A stretch of DNA of 64,000 nucleotides from Chrysomallon squamiferum (taxonomy: Eukaryota > Animalia > Mollusca), in contig CM022673.1 in NCBI GenBank assembly GCA_012295275.1, positions 13,454,001-13,518,000 of the forward strand, read 5' to 3'. Every line of letters starts with the position of its first letter. Within the stretch, counting starts at the first letter, position 1. Below are positions 11,822-25,520 of this stretch, piece after piece. The position numbers and the translations under genes are program-made. Under the pieces are notes generated by a model. That model ran no database searches. It worked only from the letters and a program-made list of their open reading frames with translations, and was not told where the DNA came from.

Positions 11822-14135
11822 TTATTCGGTTCTGCTGTCAAGTATTTTCAAAATACTTGCACAGCCTTCCTGAGCTGTCTTCAATGCTGATTCTATGTCC
11901 TCCTTGATCTGAAAAATACCAGAAAAATATTGATATTAATAGAACATATTCAGCAACTTCACTGAGGTTTTTTTTTAGCAAAGGGAGCAATGGCTCCAGG
12001 CATCTATTTCAGGAAGGCATCCAATTGAAGAGTGGAATTAAAATGAAGCTTTTTAAAATTTGAAATTATTTCTATTAACTTCATTTTATAAGCTGCCCTA
12101 TAGTCCTGCAAACAGGCACCAAACTTAAGTAATGTGATCAAGTTATATTTAACTATTAAGTTTAAAAAATGTAAGAAGTCTATTTACCATCGAGTATTTT
12201 AAAATAGTAACTTTTTATTAGTGTTTTATTATTACCTTTATTTTATTTTTGTGTTCATTATTTATTTTATTATTTTATTGTTATTATTTTTTTGGTTAAA
12301 TTAAAATAATGTCTGACCTTTTCTTTGAACTCTTCATCTTTGACATTAGGTAAGTTGATCTGAACATTGTAGTATGCACCCCACACCCCTGTCTCCAGAG
12401 TTCTGACTCCAACCTGCATGTAATAACAACAACAACAACAATAATAATAACAATAACAATAATAATAATAAAGATAGTAGTAATAACATTAATAATAATA
12501 ATAATAATAATAATATAACAATAACAACAACAACAAAAATAATAATATAGAAGGTATTAACATTAATAATAATAATAATTTTTAAAAATTAATTTAAAAA
12601 TTAGAAAATTAAATTTCATGGCAACAAAACAAAAATGTCATAATGAGAATAAATATTAATAATAAACAGAACAATAACAACAATAACAACATAAAAATAC
12701 TAACAAAGACATCATAAAAAAAAAAAAAATAATAAAAATAAAGAACTAATAACAAAAACATAATTATCATTGTAAATGCATATTACAAAGTTTCAACTTG
12801 TAAGAGTAACCCAGAGAATGTAGCAATATATAAATGATATCCAACACATGACAAAAACTTAAATAATTAAATGTACATGTGTGTATTTGATCCAGCTAAC
12901 CTGCAGGTCTGATTTACAGTTGATGTTTCCCAGTTGCGCTAGTTCAGTTAGAGATGGCCATAAAGAGTTGACGATCTTTGCCACACACACAGGAACCTGA
13001 ATTGCTGTCAGCAAACCTCTCTGCATTGCCTGTTCTCGACTGACAAAAAGTAAAACATAACATAAATATTGTTATTTTCAGTGGCAGTTAACAAAATTAT
13101 TACCATCTATGAACAGAAACAACAATTTTTTTAACATGTATAAAATATGTACAGCCCATTATGTGACTGGTTTTTCATATCTTTAAAAAGAGGGGCTAAG
13201 AAACATTTATAGTGACAGTCAAAAAAGACAAATGTCCTTTGCCTTGCCACTTGTATATATAACAAGTGGAAATTTATATACTGAAATATGGGAATAGTCT
13301 GCTGCTGACATACAGACACTGCACACACACCATCCTTTCTTTTCTAGTCTCCTCACATGCAGTAAAAATTCACTATGTGTGTGACTTTTTAAAAAAAAAA
13401 AAAAAAAAAAGGAACATTATTTCTGTATTTTATATCAGTTTAGACAAATTAACTTACATGGATGCTTCAGTTTCAGTTTTGTTTGGAAGTTTCATAGCAA
13501 GCTGAAACAAATTAGTAAGTTAATTCATTATTCATTATTTGTACAATATTCATTGTCTGGTTATTTGAACATAAAATTTTAATTGGATAAATAGTATGTA
13601 CTTGTTGAAAATGCCATTGTCATGTAGGTCATATATCTGTTAAAAAAAAATTAATTATTAATAGAAAAAATGAATTCAACAAATAAATGTAGTTAATATC
13701 TTGAACTCACTGAATGCAGTTATATAACTCAAAATGTTTACCACTTAAAAAAAAAAAATATATATATATATTTAAATAAAGATTAAGTACAACAAGTAAT
13801 ATGGACTCTAGATAAGTTTTTGTAAAATCTTCCGTTTTTAGCTTCAAAAAAAAAAAAAAAAAAAAAGCATGTGTGCTTTCTGAAAGTTCCTCTAACATCA
13901 GGCCTTAAAATAAATAAATAAATAAAAAGTTTATATATTTTAAGTACCATGTACTCGCTAAAAGCTCCTGCATCAGCATCAATAAAAGGAATCAAATCTT
14001 TCATGGCTTTGTAGACAGGAGGAATCAGTGTCCTCATCTTCTCATCCAAGTGAGCAAACTTCTTATTTCCATATGTGAGAAAACCAACCATTGCACTCAG
14101 AGAGGCTCCCTGTACATATAAATAAACAAATTTAA

Positions 14136-14174
<39 letters not shown>

Positions 14175-17100
14175 ACAAATTTAATAAATAAATAAATGAA
14201 TAAAAAAAAATAAACAAATTTAATAAATAAATATTTAAATAAATAAATAAATAAATAAATTAAATAAATAAATTAAATAAAAAAATTTAATAAATAAATA
14301 AATAAATAAATAATACAAAAAATAATAATAACAGTAGAAAAAAAAAAAAAAAAAAAAACATAAATAAAAAAAAAATATAAGATATAAATGATTAATTTTC
14401 TGGTTTGTATTACAAAAGAAACAACCGAAACATTTAGAAAAGCTGTGTGAGTATTTGAGAATTAAACCTGATTTTACCAGAGAAGCGCACAGTGCTGCCA
14501 CAGAACCTCCACCTGGAGATGGTGACCTTGACCCCACAGTCATGATGAAATCCTTGACATCCATACTGACCAGAGGACCATCCACTTCAGTCTGGATCAT
14601 GTACCTGTAAGACAGAACAAAAAAAACCTCCATCTTACAACTTAATATTACACATGTGTACCACAAGCATATTATCACAAACAGAAAAATTCACAAAAAC
14701 TAACCCAGTGTGTGATATATAATGAAAACTGTTTGATTTTTTAAAAATCATTCATTGTTACAAGTATGAAAAAAAACAACTCACTCAATAATTCTTTCTT
14801 TGGGGCTGAAAGGTCCTAAAGAATTGAGACCCAGTCTGTTTATAACCTAGAAATAACAAACATATTCTTTATATAATATTATCACTTAGAGAGGTTTGTT
14901 TACAGTTTACATTTAAAATTCAGGAGTATGGTAAAGGTATATAGTTGAACTCATCAAAAAGTAGAATGTTATTCTTGCTTTAATAACACACAAAATTGAT
15001 AATTTCTATCTAAAAAAGACAAAATCAGAACTGAATATAAAATTATATTCACTTGTAACTTTTAAAAAATTGTCCTGAACATAACTTTCTTCAGCTGACT
15101 GTAACACAAGTCATTCTATTTAACACTAGGTAAAACATTAATAAAATAAAAATAATAAAGCACAGATACAATTAATGTAATATATCTAAACAAGACATTT
15201 AAAAAATATATTTTCTTACCAGTCTGAGTTTCTGGTCTTCTTCTAAAATGAATAAATTTTCCTTTTGCATGAAATAATCAGCTGCCATTAAAAGTGCATC
15301 AATGGGAACAACTCCAACTATCTGAGAACCAACAACGGCTAGATTCAGCTCCTGATAAAAATAAATTTAGAAATTACAAGATAATAAAAATGATGTCGAG
15401 TATTTATTTTAGAAATGTCTTATCTGAAAAAAAAAGAGTATAATATTTAAACAAGAAAATACAAACAACAAATCATAGTTCTAAGGTAGGCATTTTAAAT
15501 GCACTGTTTCAAAATTATGCTTAAACTTGTATCAAATTAAATAAGAATCATCAAACTGACTTATGAAAAAAGACATATGCTGTAAGATTTAAATGACATT
15601 TAGAATTATTTTGTTATATAAAAAGGAAATATTAAACAAATGAGCTTGATGATACAAACATTACATTTTGAAAATACAGGAACATAGTTACAAGGTGAGT
15701 TTTTACTTACATCAGCATCTTTGGAACACTCTTCAAAAACTTTGTGTAGTGGTGTAACCTCGTAGTCGAGAATATTTGTAGAGACTTGTGCCATGTTGGC
15801 CTCTTCCATGTACCAGCCTATTCCCTGAACTGCCTTCAGTCGACCAGGCTAAACCAAACAAACAAGATTATCAACAATGTCATTTTGATTACATGATCCA
15901 AGAAATCAGTACTCGTTTCTTTATAAACTTATAATTTTTTTCATGTAAAAAAATAAAATTACATTTTCTATATATTAAATTTTACATTTATGATTAGGAA
16001 GTTTAAAACAAATCTGCTTTTTGTACAAGATAAAATATATTTTTTAAAAGTTAAATATTTCTTTAAGGATTATGTAAAACTTATACATATTTTTGCATTT
16101 TCTGTTCATAAATTATTGTAACATGTATGATATTTTTACATTTTAGACAGATAATTTTTACTAAATATTTAGTTTTTCTTCTAATTTGATTGTTCTGCTA
16201 TTTAAATTTGTCTTTTAAGTCTTGTTTGTATGTGTTTATGTATATATATCTAGTCCTCACCTGGTCGTTTCCTCTACCCTGTTCGCGGATGTTGAGAGCA
16301 ATGCGATGAGCCTGCTCCTTCGTGGCGAGTATGTTGATGTTGTAGGCGATGAGAAACTTCCTAGCACCCACAGCTGTGGCCCCCCACGATGGAACAAACT
16401 CTGCAGGCCCATAATCTGGCTTCCACTCTGGATCTTGCAACTTAAACAAAATTAAAGTTCTTTTCAAAAACTCATCAGATCTAATTGATAATATATACTG
16501 TCAAAATTACTTCCAGTAATTCAGACTCTTGTAGTTTCATAAATACACATTATCTAAAAATACTTTACATAATTCTACTTTTTGATTTTTATTTAATAAA
16601 TGTTAAACAAAAATACTTTAAATACTTAAAGTTCTTATAGTTATATAAAGACACATCAAGTAACTCAAAATATTTCAACTTCAATAAATACACTTATAAT
16701 ATTAAAGATTTCAAAGTTCTAAATGGTGATATAAAGATGGTTCTGGCAAATTTGTCATGCTGAATATCTTTATGGAATTTTTTAATAATAAAATAATATA
16801 CCTTTGAGATGAGACCTTCATATTCTCCTGACCTGCAGTCAGGAAGCTTCTTTCTCTTCTCCTCATTGGCAGCTTCTCCATACAGATACACTGAAGAAAT
16901 GAAGAAATGTTTAGTGACATCTCAAAATAAAACTTAATGGCTTTATATATAACGAGATGATAACAAAAACCTACAGGTTCCATTCCATGGGCTATTTCTA
17001 TCTCATTGAGAAATATTTATGATACTTTAAGAAATACAATTTAATACACCTATCAATACATTTGAATCATAATCAACTGCAATATATTGGTAGTATAAAT

Positions 17101-19440
17101 TTAAAAAAAATGCTGTTACTTTATATCACTGGGTACTTGAAACTCTTTAATTAGCAAATTATTGTTAATGAAAAACAGTGAAATATCAGCAAGTGATTCA
17201 GTCTGTTTAATACATTATCTATAACTAAATGATGATTTTACCAGGTACTCCAATCTCTGTAGCGAGCTTCTCTGCAAACTCTCTTGCACATTCTACACAG
17301 TCCTCCATCGTCGTGTCCTGTACAGGGATGAATGGACACACATCAAGAGCTCCCATCCTCGGATGCTCACCTGTTATACATCAGTAAATAATCTTATGTC
17401 TCAGCAGTGCATTATAATACAGTGTACAGGTCTGTAATTTATTAATACAAGTACCATAGTCTCAATATGCAATATTTTATCAACACCCTTGACTCTGTGG
17501 TTTATATTAATATAAATACCCTTTCTCAGCATTTAATATAATTAACCTTGTTTCAATAAGTAATGTATTAATATAAATAGCCTCATTTCAATGTGTAATA
17601 TATTAACACCCTCATTTTAATATGTAATATATTAATACCCTCATTTTAATATTAATATATTAATATTGTTTCAGTATTTAATGTCTTGTTATAAATACCA
17701 TTGTCTCAATACTTAATGTATTAATATAAATACCCTTATTTCAGTACTTAATGTATTAATATAAATACCCTTGTTTCAGGATATAATGTATTAATATGAA
17801 TATCCTTTTCTAAATCTTAATATATTTATAATTAATTTAGATATGCACTTATACTTAATGTGGTAATATAAATAACCTTATACTAATATATTGGATTGGA
17901 AAAAAACTTCATATGCACTTATTTTTTATGTAAAAATAAATAACCTTATACTAATATATTGGATTGGAAAAAAACTTCATCGCATTTTTTAAGTAAAAAT
18001 AAACGACAACATTTAGATATTTGCTTGCAGATTTATTCATATATATGTGCAATTTTGTTTATCTTTCATAATATGCACATATTTCCGTCACTTGTGGAAC
18101 AAATGTTCAAACACTACCTGCTGAAAGAGCTATAAACCTTTATTCCAACTCTATATCAACATAAATACCCTTGTTTAAAACTTAGTACGTTACAATAAAT
18201 ACGCTTGTTTTAAAACTTTTAACGTTACAATAAATACCCTTGTTTTAAAACTTAGTATGTTACAATAAATACCCTTGTTTTAAAACTTAGAACATTACAA
18301 TAAATACCCTTGTTTTAAAAATTAGTACGTTACAATAAATACCTTTATGTTTTCTCATGTCTATCAAATGATATGCTGCTCTTGCTGCATTGAGGGCTCC
18401 CTCCACAACATTTTCTGGTTCCCCAACAAACGTGTAGACTGTTCGATTGGTGGATATGCCAGGATCCACATCCAGTACAGTACAGCCATCTGTGGAGGCT
18501 ATAGCATTAGCTATTGTCTCAATAACCTGAGAACAGTAATTATCTCAAATAAACACTTGTTATATAAACTTGTCTAAATAATCTGAAACTATATGTTATC
18601 TTTAATATATACTTGTGTCAATAACCTGAAAATGTACATCATCGCTATATAAACTTGTCTGAATAATCTAATAAATATACATTACCTTTAATGTATACTG
18701 TCAATTAAACAGTTAAGAAATTCAACCTTATCATGAATTTGGCTTTAATAAAACCATTGTTACCATTATTATAAATACTATTTTTAATTTTTTTTATTTT
18801 TCAGATATCTGTAGTAAATAGATATACTTCATAATCACATAATGGTAATATTTAACACAACAGTGTTTATTACTAATACCCGAATAAAGATATTTCAAGA
18901 ATATAAATATTTATTTATTGTGCTTCTCAGTTATAAATTATAATGTTCTCTGTTTACCTATTTTAATAAATATATAACTTTATAAAGTAAAAAAAAAATA
19001 AAAAAAAATAAAATAAAATTTTAAAAAAAAAAAAAAAAAAAAAATAAAAAATAAAAATAAAATAAAAAATAAAACAAAAAACAAACAAAAATAAATAAAT
19101 AAATGTGTTACCTGTTTCTAAATTTGAATTACAAAACAAATTCAATACAATGTATTCTGTTAAAATAACTATTTATGTTAATTCTGACAACTAGAAGTTT
19201 CTGAAGTTTCTGACATATATTTACAAAAAACCCAAAGATTTAAGACTAGGTAATTTATCACTTAATATTTTACACCTAAACATATATCAGGATATAAATA
19301 ATTTCGCTTACAGTAATAAAGTGCAGTTAATGTGTGACCTTGTATTTTTGTTTTATGATGTGAGCTTCATTTATTATTTATAGTCAGGTCTTGTTTATGG
19401 CCTAACAATGACAGAATAACACACACATTGTTATATATAT

Positions 19441-19492
<52 letters not shown>

Positions 19493-22400
19493 GAAAAGAA
19501 AAATGTAAATACTTCCCCCAAGTAAAACATCCTTCATTTTGATATAAATAATTTAATTTCAATGTTCATTCAGGGATAATATGTGTGGCTGAGTCTCTGA
19601 AACAAATACCCCCACACACACACATTTTAATACCTGCAGATATCTGTAATGACTGTTTTATTTTTTCACACACAAAATACACAATACACACACAGCCATA
19701 ACAATATCACATATACATATACACTGCCATGCACACATATACACACACGTGCACAAACAATACACACATCACTACACACCCACACCACATACAACATATA
19801 TTCACACCAGCTATAGAAGAATGTTTCATTGTACAAAATATTCAATCCACCAATATTATTTAACAGTGAAAACTATGAAGAGCTGGAGATAAGAAATATC
19901 TTTCTCAATATTGGGTCCTAATTACTGGTATTTTTAACTGAAAATTTCAAAATATTTTAAGTACATGAACCAGAAACCAGCATCTAACTACAGCTGGAGA
20001 TAAGATGTGGGAAAAAGCTAAAATTTTAAAAGAAGAAAATTAGTTTGTTGTATAAGAAAAAGAAAAAGAAAAAAGGAACAAAGAAAAACAGAAAGAAAAA
20101 GTCAAAAAAAAAAAAAAAATAAATCAAAAAATAAAATAAAATAAACAAATTAATTTGCTTTTTGAAAAATAAACACAGGTTAACAAGGTTGTGAATATCA
20201 TTCAATATATAAGTGAAACTGTAAACTGTAGTGTGGAATTTTGATTTCAAAATGATCTCTATGCCACTTTGGATATCAAATCACAACCCAGTTATTTACT
20301 TTTCAGGTATACAAGGTAAATAATAAATGAATAAAAATAAATAAATAAATAATTTTTAAAAAGTTTTCATTTTTAAGGATAGAATTGGAAAGGTATTATT
20401 ATCCAATCAAGTGCTAAGTTTAGCTGTCTTGTGTTGACTTGATATAAATGGTATTATGATCTTATTATCATTTAGTTATCTTTGAAAATAAAGCTTATCA
20501 GCTACAAGGCCAGTGGTATAACAACTTTACTGAAGGCCAGATGATTTCATACACCACTTCTTTATTTAGATGTACCTTTAAAACAGGGAGACTTTCAAAA
20601 TACAAGTAAGCAAAACCATACAATGAAAAACTGAACATGATGCATATTCAAAAATGAAAAATGTTAATCTTTCGCCCTATTTTCACACACACAGTGAAAG
20701 TAGTTTCTAAATTATAGATAGTAATCAAGGTACAGCTGCAGAGACTGCAATATAAAAGATTCTTAAACAATAAATTATTAAAGAGGAAAAAGATTCTTTA
20801 TAATTACATTCCTTACTTTGTTTACTATTAGTTTTTTAATTAAACCAATTATATCAATAACAATGAATATTAAATATATTATTATACGTATTAAATTAGT
20901 TTATACAATAAGAAATCTGATATTGATTGTAATCAAAAGCAGAGTTATTTATACATTTTTGTGAAAAATGAACAACATAATAACCACTTGTACCATCATG
21001 TAAATGAAAATTCCAGTGAACCTCTGGCATTCATAAACTGGTCTTTGTCTATGAGATATGAGTAATGTGATAAGAGACTAATTATTTTAACCACTGTGTT
21101 GAAGTGTTTACTGTCAATGGTAGTTTCATAAACACACAGCATACAGCTAATATTTGAACACAGACAAAATACTACTGTGATGGTGAAATGTCAAAATAAT
21201 TAAATCCAAAATTTTCAAATTCATTTTACATTTATTTAATAATTTATTTCTATTTTCCTGTATTTGAAAATAATACCATAATGAAAACATTTACATAAAT
21301 ACACATACACACACCAACATACAGTTAATTTTACAGCATTTAATATATTTATAAACATTTAGTTTAATTACTAATATTTTACAATTGCAATAGTTCTATT
21401 GTTTATACCCATTTGTGAGCAGTGACATCTGGAAATACTCTGTACAGACTGAACCATGCTATAATCTAAGGCACAGCAAGTGATAAACAGTATGACCTCT
21501 CCCTGCTACCACTTCTACATATTAAACTTGAGATAATTCTGAGTCACAGATAACACAAATATTACCAGAACTGAGCTGATATTTATCTGCAAATGACACA
21601 TATTTACTTTCATAACAAGTGAACTGAGAAAAAAAAGAAGAAGAATAAAACATTAATAAAGTTACATTAAGTAGCAAAACCTAATATGGTATTAATATGT
21701 AATGAAGTTATAGAAACAAAAAATTAAAAGAAAACATAAATTTTAACATTACATTTATATGAAAATGAAGTGTAGTTTATACTGATCCACTGGTGATGGT
21801 AAAATAAAGAAATAATTCATTTATAAAAGTGTGTGAGAAAGTGCATATAAAGCACTCTTGCAGCTTACTTGTAACAGATTTCTTTTCTGAGGTATCAATA
21901 AATACTTAGTAACCTTTAATAATAAAATATCAATTCAAGAATAAAAATAATTTTATTCAGTTTGATTTCAGAATTGCAAAAAATAGTTTTTACTTGTTTT
22001 TTTTTGTTTTTTTATCTTTGAATAATGGCTGAATCTGAGAGAAAAAACATTAGCGTGTCTTTATGGATAATTCTTATTGATTAGGAGCAAGAGATCTTTT
22101 ATTTTCCATATATTCTAACCAAGGAAACACATAATGTTATCTAAAAGCTATCTGATTTTTCAATCATTAAACATTATACACCACATAAAAAAAATCAAAT
22201 AATAAAAAAAAAATCTTAAGGCTTATAAAATAGAATATATTTTATATTATTTAATTTAAAACAATTTTGTTTACATGTTCACAACTGTGCTTTATCTGTT
22301 TATGAAATATTTATGCACTTGCCAGAGAGTTTTATCTTATCAGATTTTGATTATCATCTGAAATGTTCACATTCTTATCACTGATCATTTGTCCTCTTTA

Positions 22401-22527
22401 GCAACAGTAGTTGTAGCAAACTCAACAACAGCAACAATAACAATAATACAATTTCACTGAAGAGGTAATTATAGCAGTAGTAATTTATAAAAAAAATTAT
22501 AATTATATATATAAATGTGTATATGTA

Positions 22528-22584
<57 letters not shown>

Positions 22585-22653
22585 ATAAGTATTTGCAATC
22601 ATGGCATTCAAAACAAAAATAATAATAATAATAAATAATAATAAATAATTAAA

Positions 22654-22685
<32 letters not shown>

Positions 22686-23413
22686 AAATAAATAAATAAA
22701 TAATAATAAATATTACTAAAAAAATAAATAAGAAACTTGATGTCAGGTTGACCTAGTGGGTCTTAAAATTCTATATTCATGTTTAACTGATTCTGAAATG
22801 TGCTAATTAAAAAACAAAGAAAACTTGAAAAAAATATTAATAAATAATTTGATTTAAAATAATAAAAAAACAATAATAATAATAAAATCTAACTTCCATT
22901 TCTATTATTTAAAAAAAAGAAAGAAAGAACAACAAAATATATTATTATCTATGAATTTATATACAAACTGAATTTCATTTTGGACACAACTTTTCAATAC
23001 ATGTGTACCCAATTTCAAAAACTGACCCTCCTGTTTCCTTAGCAACGGTTTTCTTTAATAATTTCTGGCAAGCGATATACTTTAATAATCCAAAGGCCTA
23101 ACTAATGGTTATTTTAATTTCACATTAACGTATATTACTCATTTAAAAAAACAGCACAGTTTATCTTTCCTGAAATTGTAATTTTTTTTTTTAGCTCTTG
23201 GTAAAACAAAAAGGCATTAAAAAATTATACTGTGAAACAGCGTCCAGCCACTAGGATTTTTTTTACCATCACTACGATACACAAAACTTTTTACTAAAAG
23301 AAAAGCAAACGTATGATGCATTCAATATTGTATTGAATTAATTTAATAATATACATCACCTCTTTTATCCGACCTTCTGAAAAATTGGGAACGCATTCTA
23401 TGATTCGCGGCAT
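11822..23413 (-). CDS. FTCD: Formimidoyltransferase-cyclodeaminase, 14 exons: 23360-23413, 18343-18526, 17242-17370, 16802-16890, 16261-16440, 15711-15848, 15220-15351, 14785-14846, 14478-14604, 13948-14109, 13458-13501, 12901-13039, 12318-12413, 11822-11908 (540 aa)
   Basis: Spliced translation begins [15 protein letters not shown] and contains [63 protein letters not shown] and AYYNVQINL. The exons sum to 1623 nt with no internal stop, and all introns are GT-AG. Confidence 0.97.
18161..18345. repeat. 35-bp minisatellite (about 5 copies) containing the FTCD exon-2 donor site
   Basis: Unit ATAAATACCCTTGTTTTAAAACTTAGTACGTTACA; the last copy runs into the exon boundary at 18343. A related degenerate array lies at about 17440-17880. 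Confidence 0.85.
23033..23046. promoter_or_regulatory. RFX X-box-like motif GTTTCCTTAGCAAC
   Basis: Near-consensus RFX palindrome (GTTNCCATRGCAAC type) in FTCD intron 1, about 370 bp from the FTCD ATG. Confidence 0.45.
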
Positions 23414-23780
23414 TTTATCAAGTGACAACGAAGCAGGTGCCCGATGCGGCTAAATAACTACCACTGTTTGTGCACGATCACGCTTTGGATTCGTAGCCTG
23501 GCGATTTCGGTGACGTTGCAAATTTTGCGTATGACGTTGACGCAATCAGCCATGTTACTTGTTTTCATGCTGGATTTTGGTATCGAAATCCGCATACTTT
23601 CAAGTTACAAATAATTTTTACCTTTTGTGTTGCTCTTGTTGTGCAAAAATCGCAAAATAATGTACATACGCTGATTTGTCAAACGGATACTATTACAACT
23701 TCATGCTTTAGCGAGGAAACCACGGTTTAAAAATATTTGTTGAAAGGAAAGTGCTCTTAGATTGCGGTATTGCAGTGCAG
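23414..23780. promoter_or_regulatory. Bidirectional promoter FTCD / ZMYND11 plus ZMYND11 non-coding first exon (donor CAG|GTAAAG at 23781)
   Basis: CpG-rich island in an otherwise CpG-poor region; TGACGT at 23511 and 23532, TGACGCAA at 23538, YY1-like GCCATGTT at 23549. FTCD ATG at 23413 on the - strand and a + strand donor at 23781. Confidence 0.6.
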
Positions 23781-23942
23781 GTAAAGTTTAGGTCTTTTAG
23801 GTTAAGTTTATTTTTGACATGTATATTTACACTAGGATCATACATATCTACACACTTTTTTACAGTTAGCTTACTTGTGTATGCTCACTTGATCAAATTA
23901 AGAAAAGTAAAGAAAGTACTGCGGTTTTTTTTTTTTTTTATG

Positions 23943-23975
<33 letters not shown>

Positions 23976-25439
23976 TATACATATAAATGCCAAACATTCA
24001 TTGATTATCAATATTTATTTTTGTTTATTTAATACTCCATTGTCATTTATACACAATTTCAAAGTAAAATAATAAGTAAGACTCACTGAGATAATTCATT
24101 ATTAATTTCATTCTGTTAAGACTTCTGCCGTATAAATTTATATAAAATATGTGCATCTGTGCACGATGATAAAAACAATAAAAAATTAAAATTAAAAATT
24201 AAATTAAAAAAAATCTGTATAAATTTGCATTTAGCAGACATATTATGCAGTCTAAACAGTTACTTATTTATCTAGTTTGACAGGTCATAAGAGAAAACAG
24301 GAATATGCATAAACTGACAAACTATTTCTATATGATAATAATTTTTGATAAAACTAAAAATGATTATTCATGAAAATAAAAAACATGACTATGTTTATCT
24401 TGTAATCAAAATAACTAATCATTTTTTACCAACGTTTGAAGCAGGAATATTTTAGACCATTACTTGAAAATATCACTCAAATTTAGCAAAGGCTTGGAGT
24501 TAGTGTACCTTCCTGACTGCTTAGATACCCTTAAAAAAAAAATTTGCCATTGAGTACATGAAAATTAGCTGTTTTTAAATAGTAATATTTAATTATTTTC
24601 ATAATTTATTTGTATAATAATATTATAATTTGAGATTCTCAGTAAAAAAGTTGAAATCATGAAACTGTTTTCATTAATAAATATTACAATCTGTAGCAGG
24701 TAGGTAATGAATATCACATTTCCAGAATATTATTATTATTTTTTTTTTTTTGATACATAAAATTCCAAAATTAATAGAAATGTGATATTTTTACAAATGA
24801 CCTTGATTTTTATATATTTTTAGTCCATTGTATGTATGTATGTATGTATATATGAAATAATAATAATAGTGTACATCACTTAAGTGCATAGATATTTACT
24901 TGTATTACAATATTCTGCATTTTAGTTTTTATTGTAAAACTAATTATAGCATGAAGAATATTACTATATTTACACACATTATTTTAAACAATTTATTTGC
25001 TTGTAATGTATAAACACACAGAATTAGTAATAATAAAAAATAATGTGTATGTAATATGTGGATGAGTTAGATTCACACATATATTCACATATACTGCTTT
25101 TGGACAAAAATGTAATAATAAAAGTAACTTCTACTTCTTTTTTTTTCTTTTTTAATAAAAAATACTCCCACACAACCCATCCCCAGGTATTCTGGTTATA
25201 ATAATATAATACACAAGTTTGCATTAAAGTTGTTGAAATTTTAAGAATAATTTTGTAGTATTTTTTCACTGGTGTAGTTTTTGCTTTTAGATGCTTTCAT
25301 AAATATTATAATGAATGATATGTTTATGGCATATATTACTGTAAGTTTTTGTGAAACAGTCTAATTAATTTATTTTAATTTATACAAAATGATATATTTT
25401 ATTTATTATTAATTATTAGAATATTAGAATTTAGAGAGG

Positions 25440-25520
<81 letters not shown>

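Noticed and set aside
20300-20322. TTTCAG|GTATACAAG|GTAAAT microexon-like string on the + strand
   Set aside because: Antisense to FTCD intron 1, with no + strand host transcript evident; probably chance.
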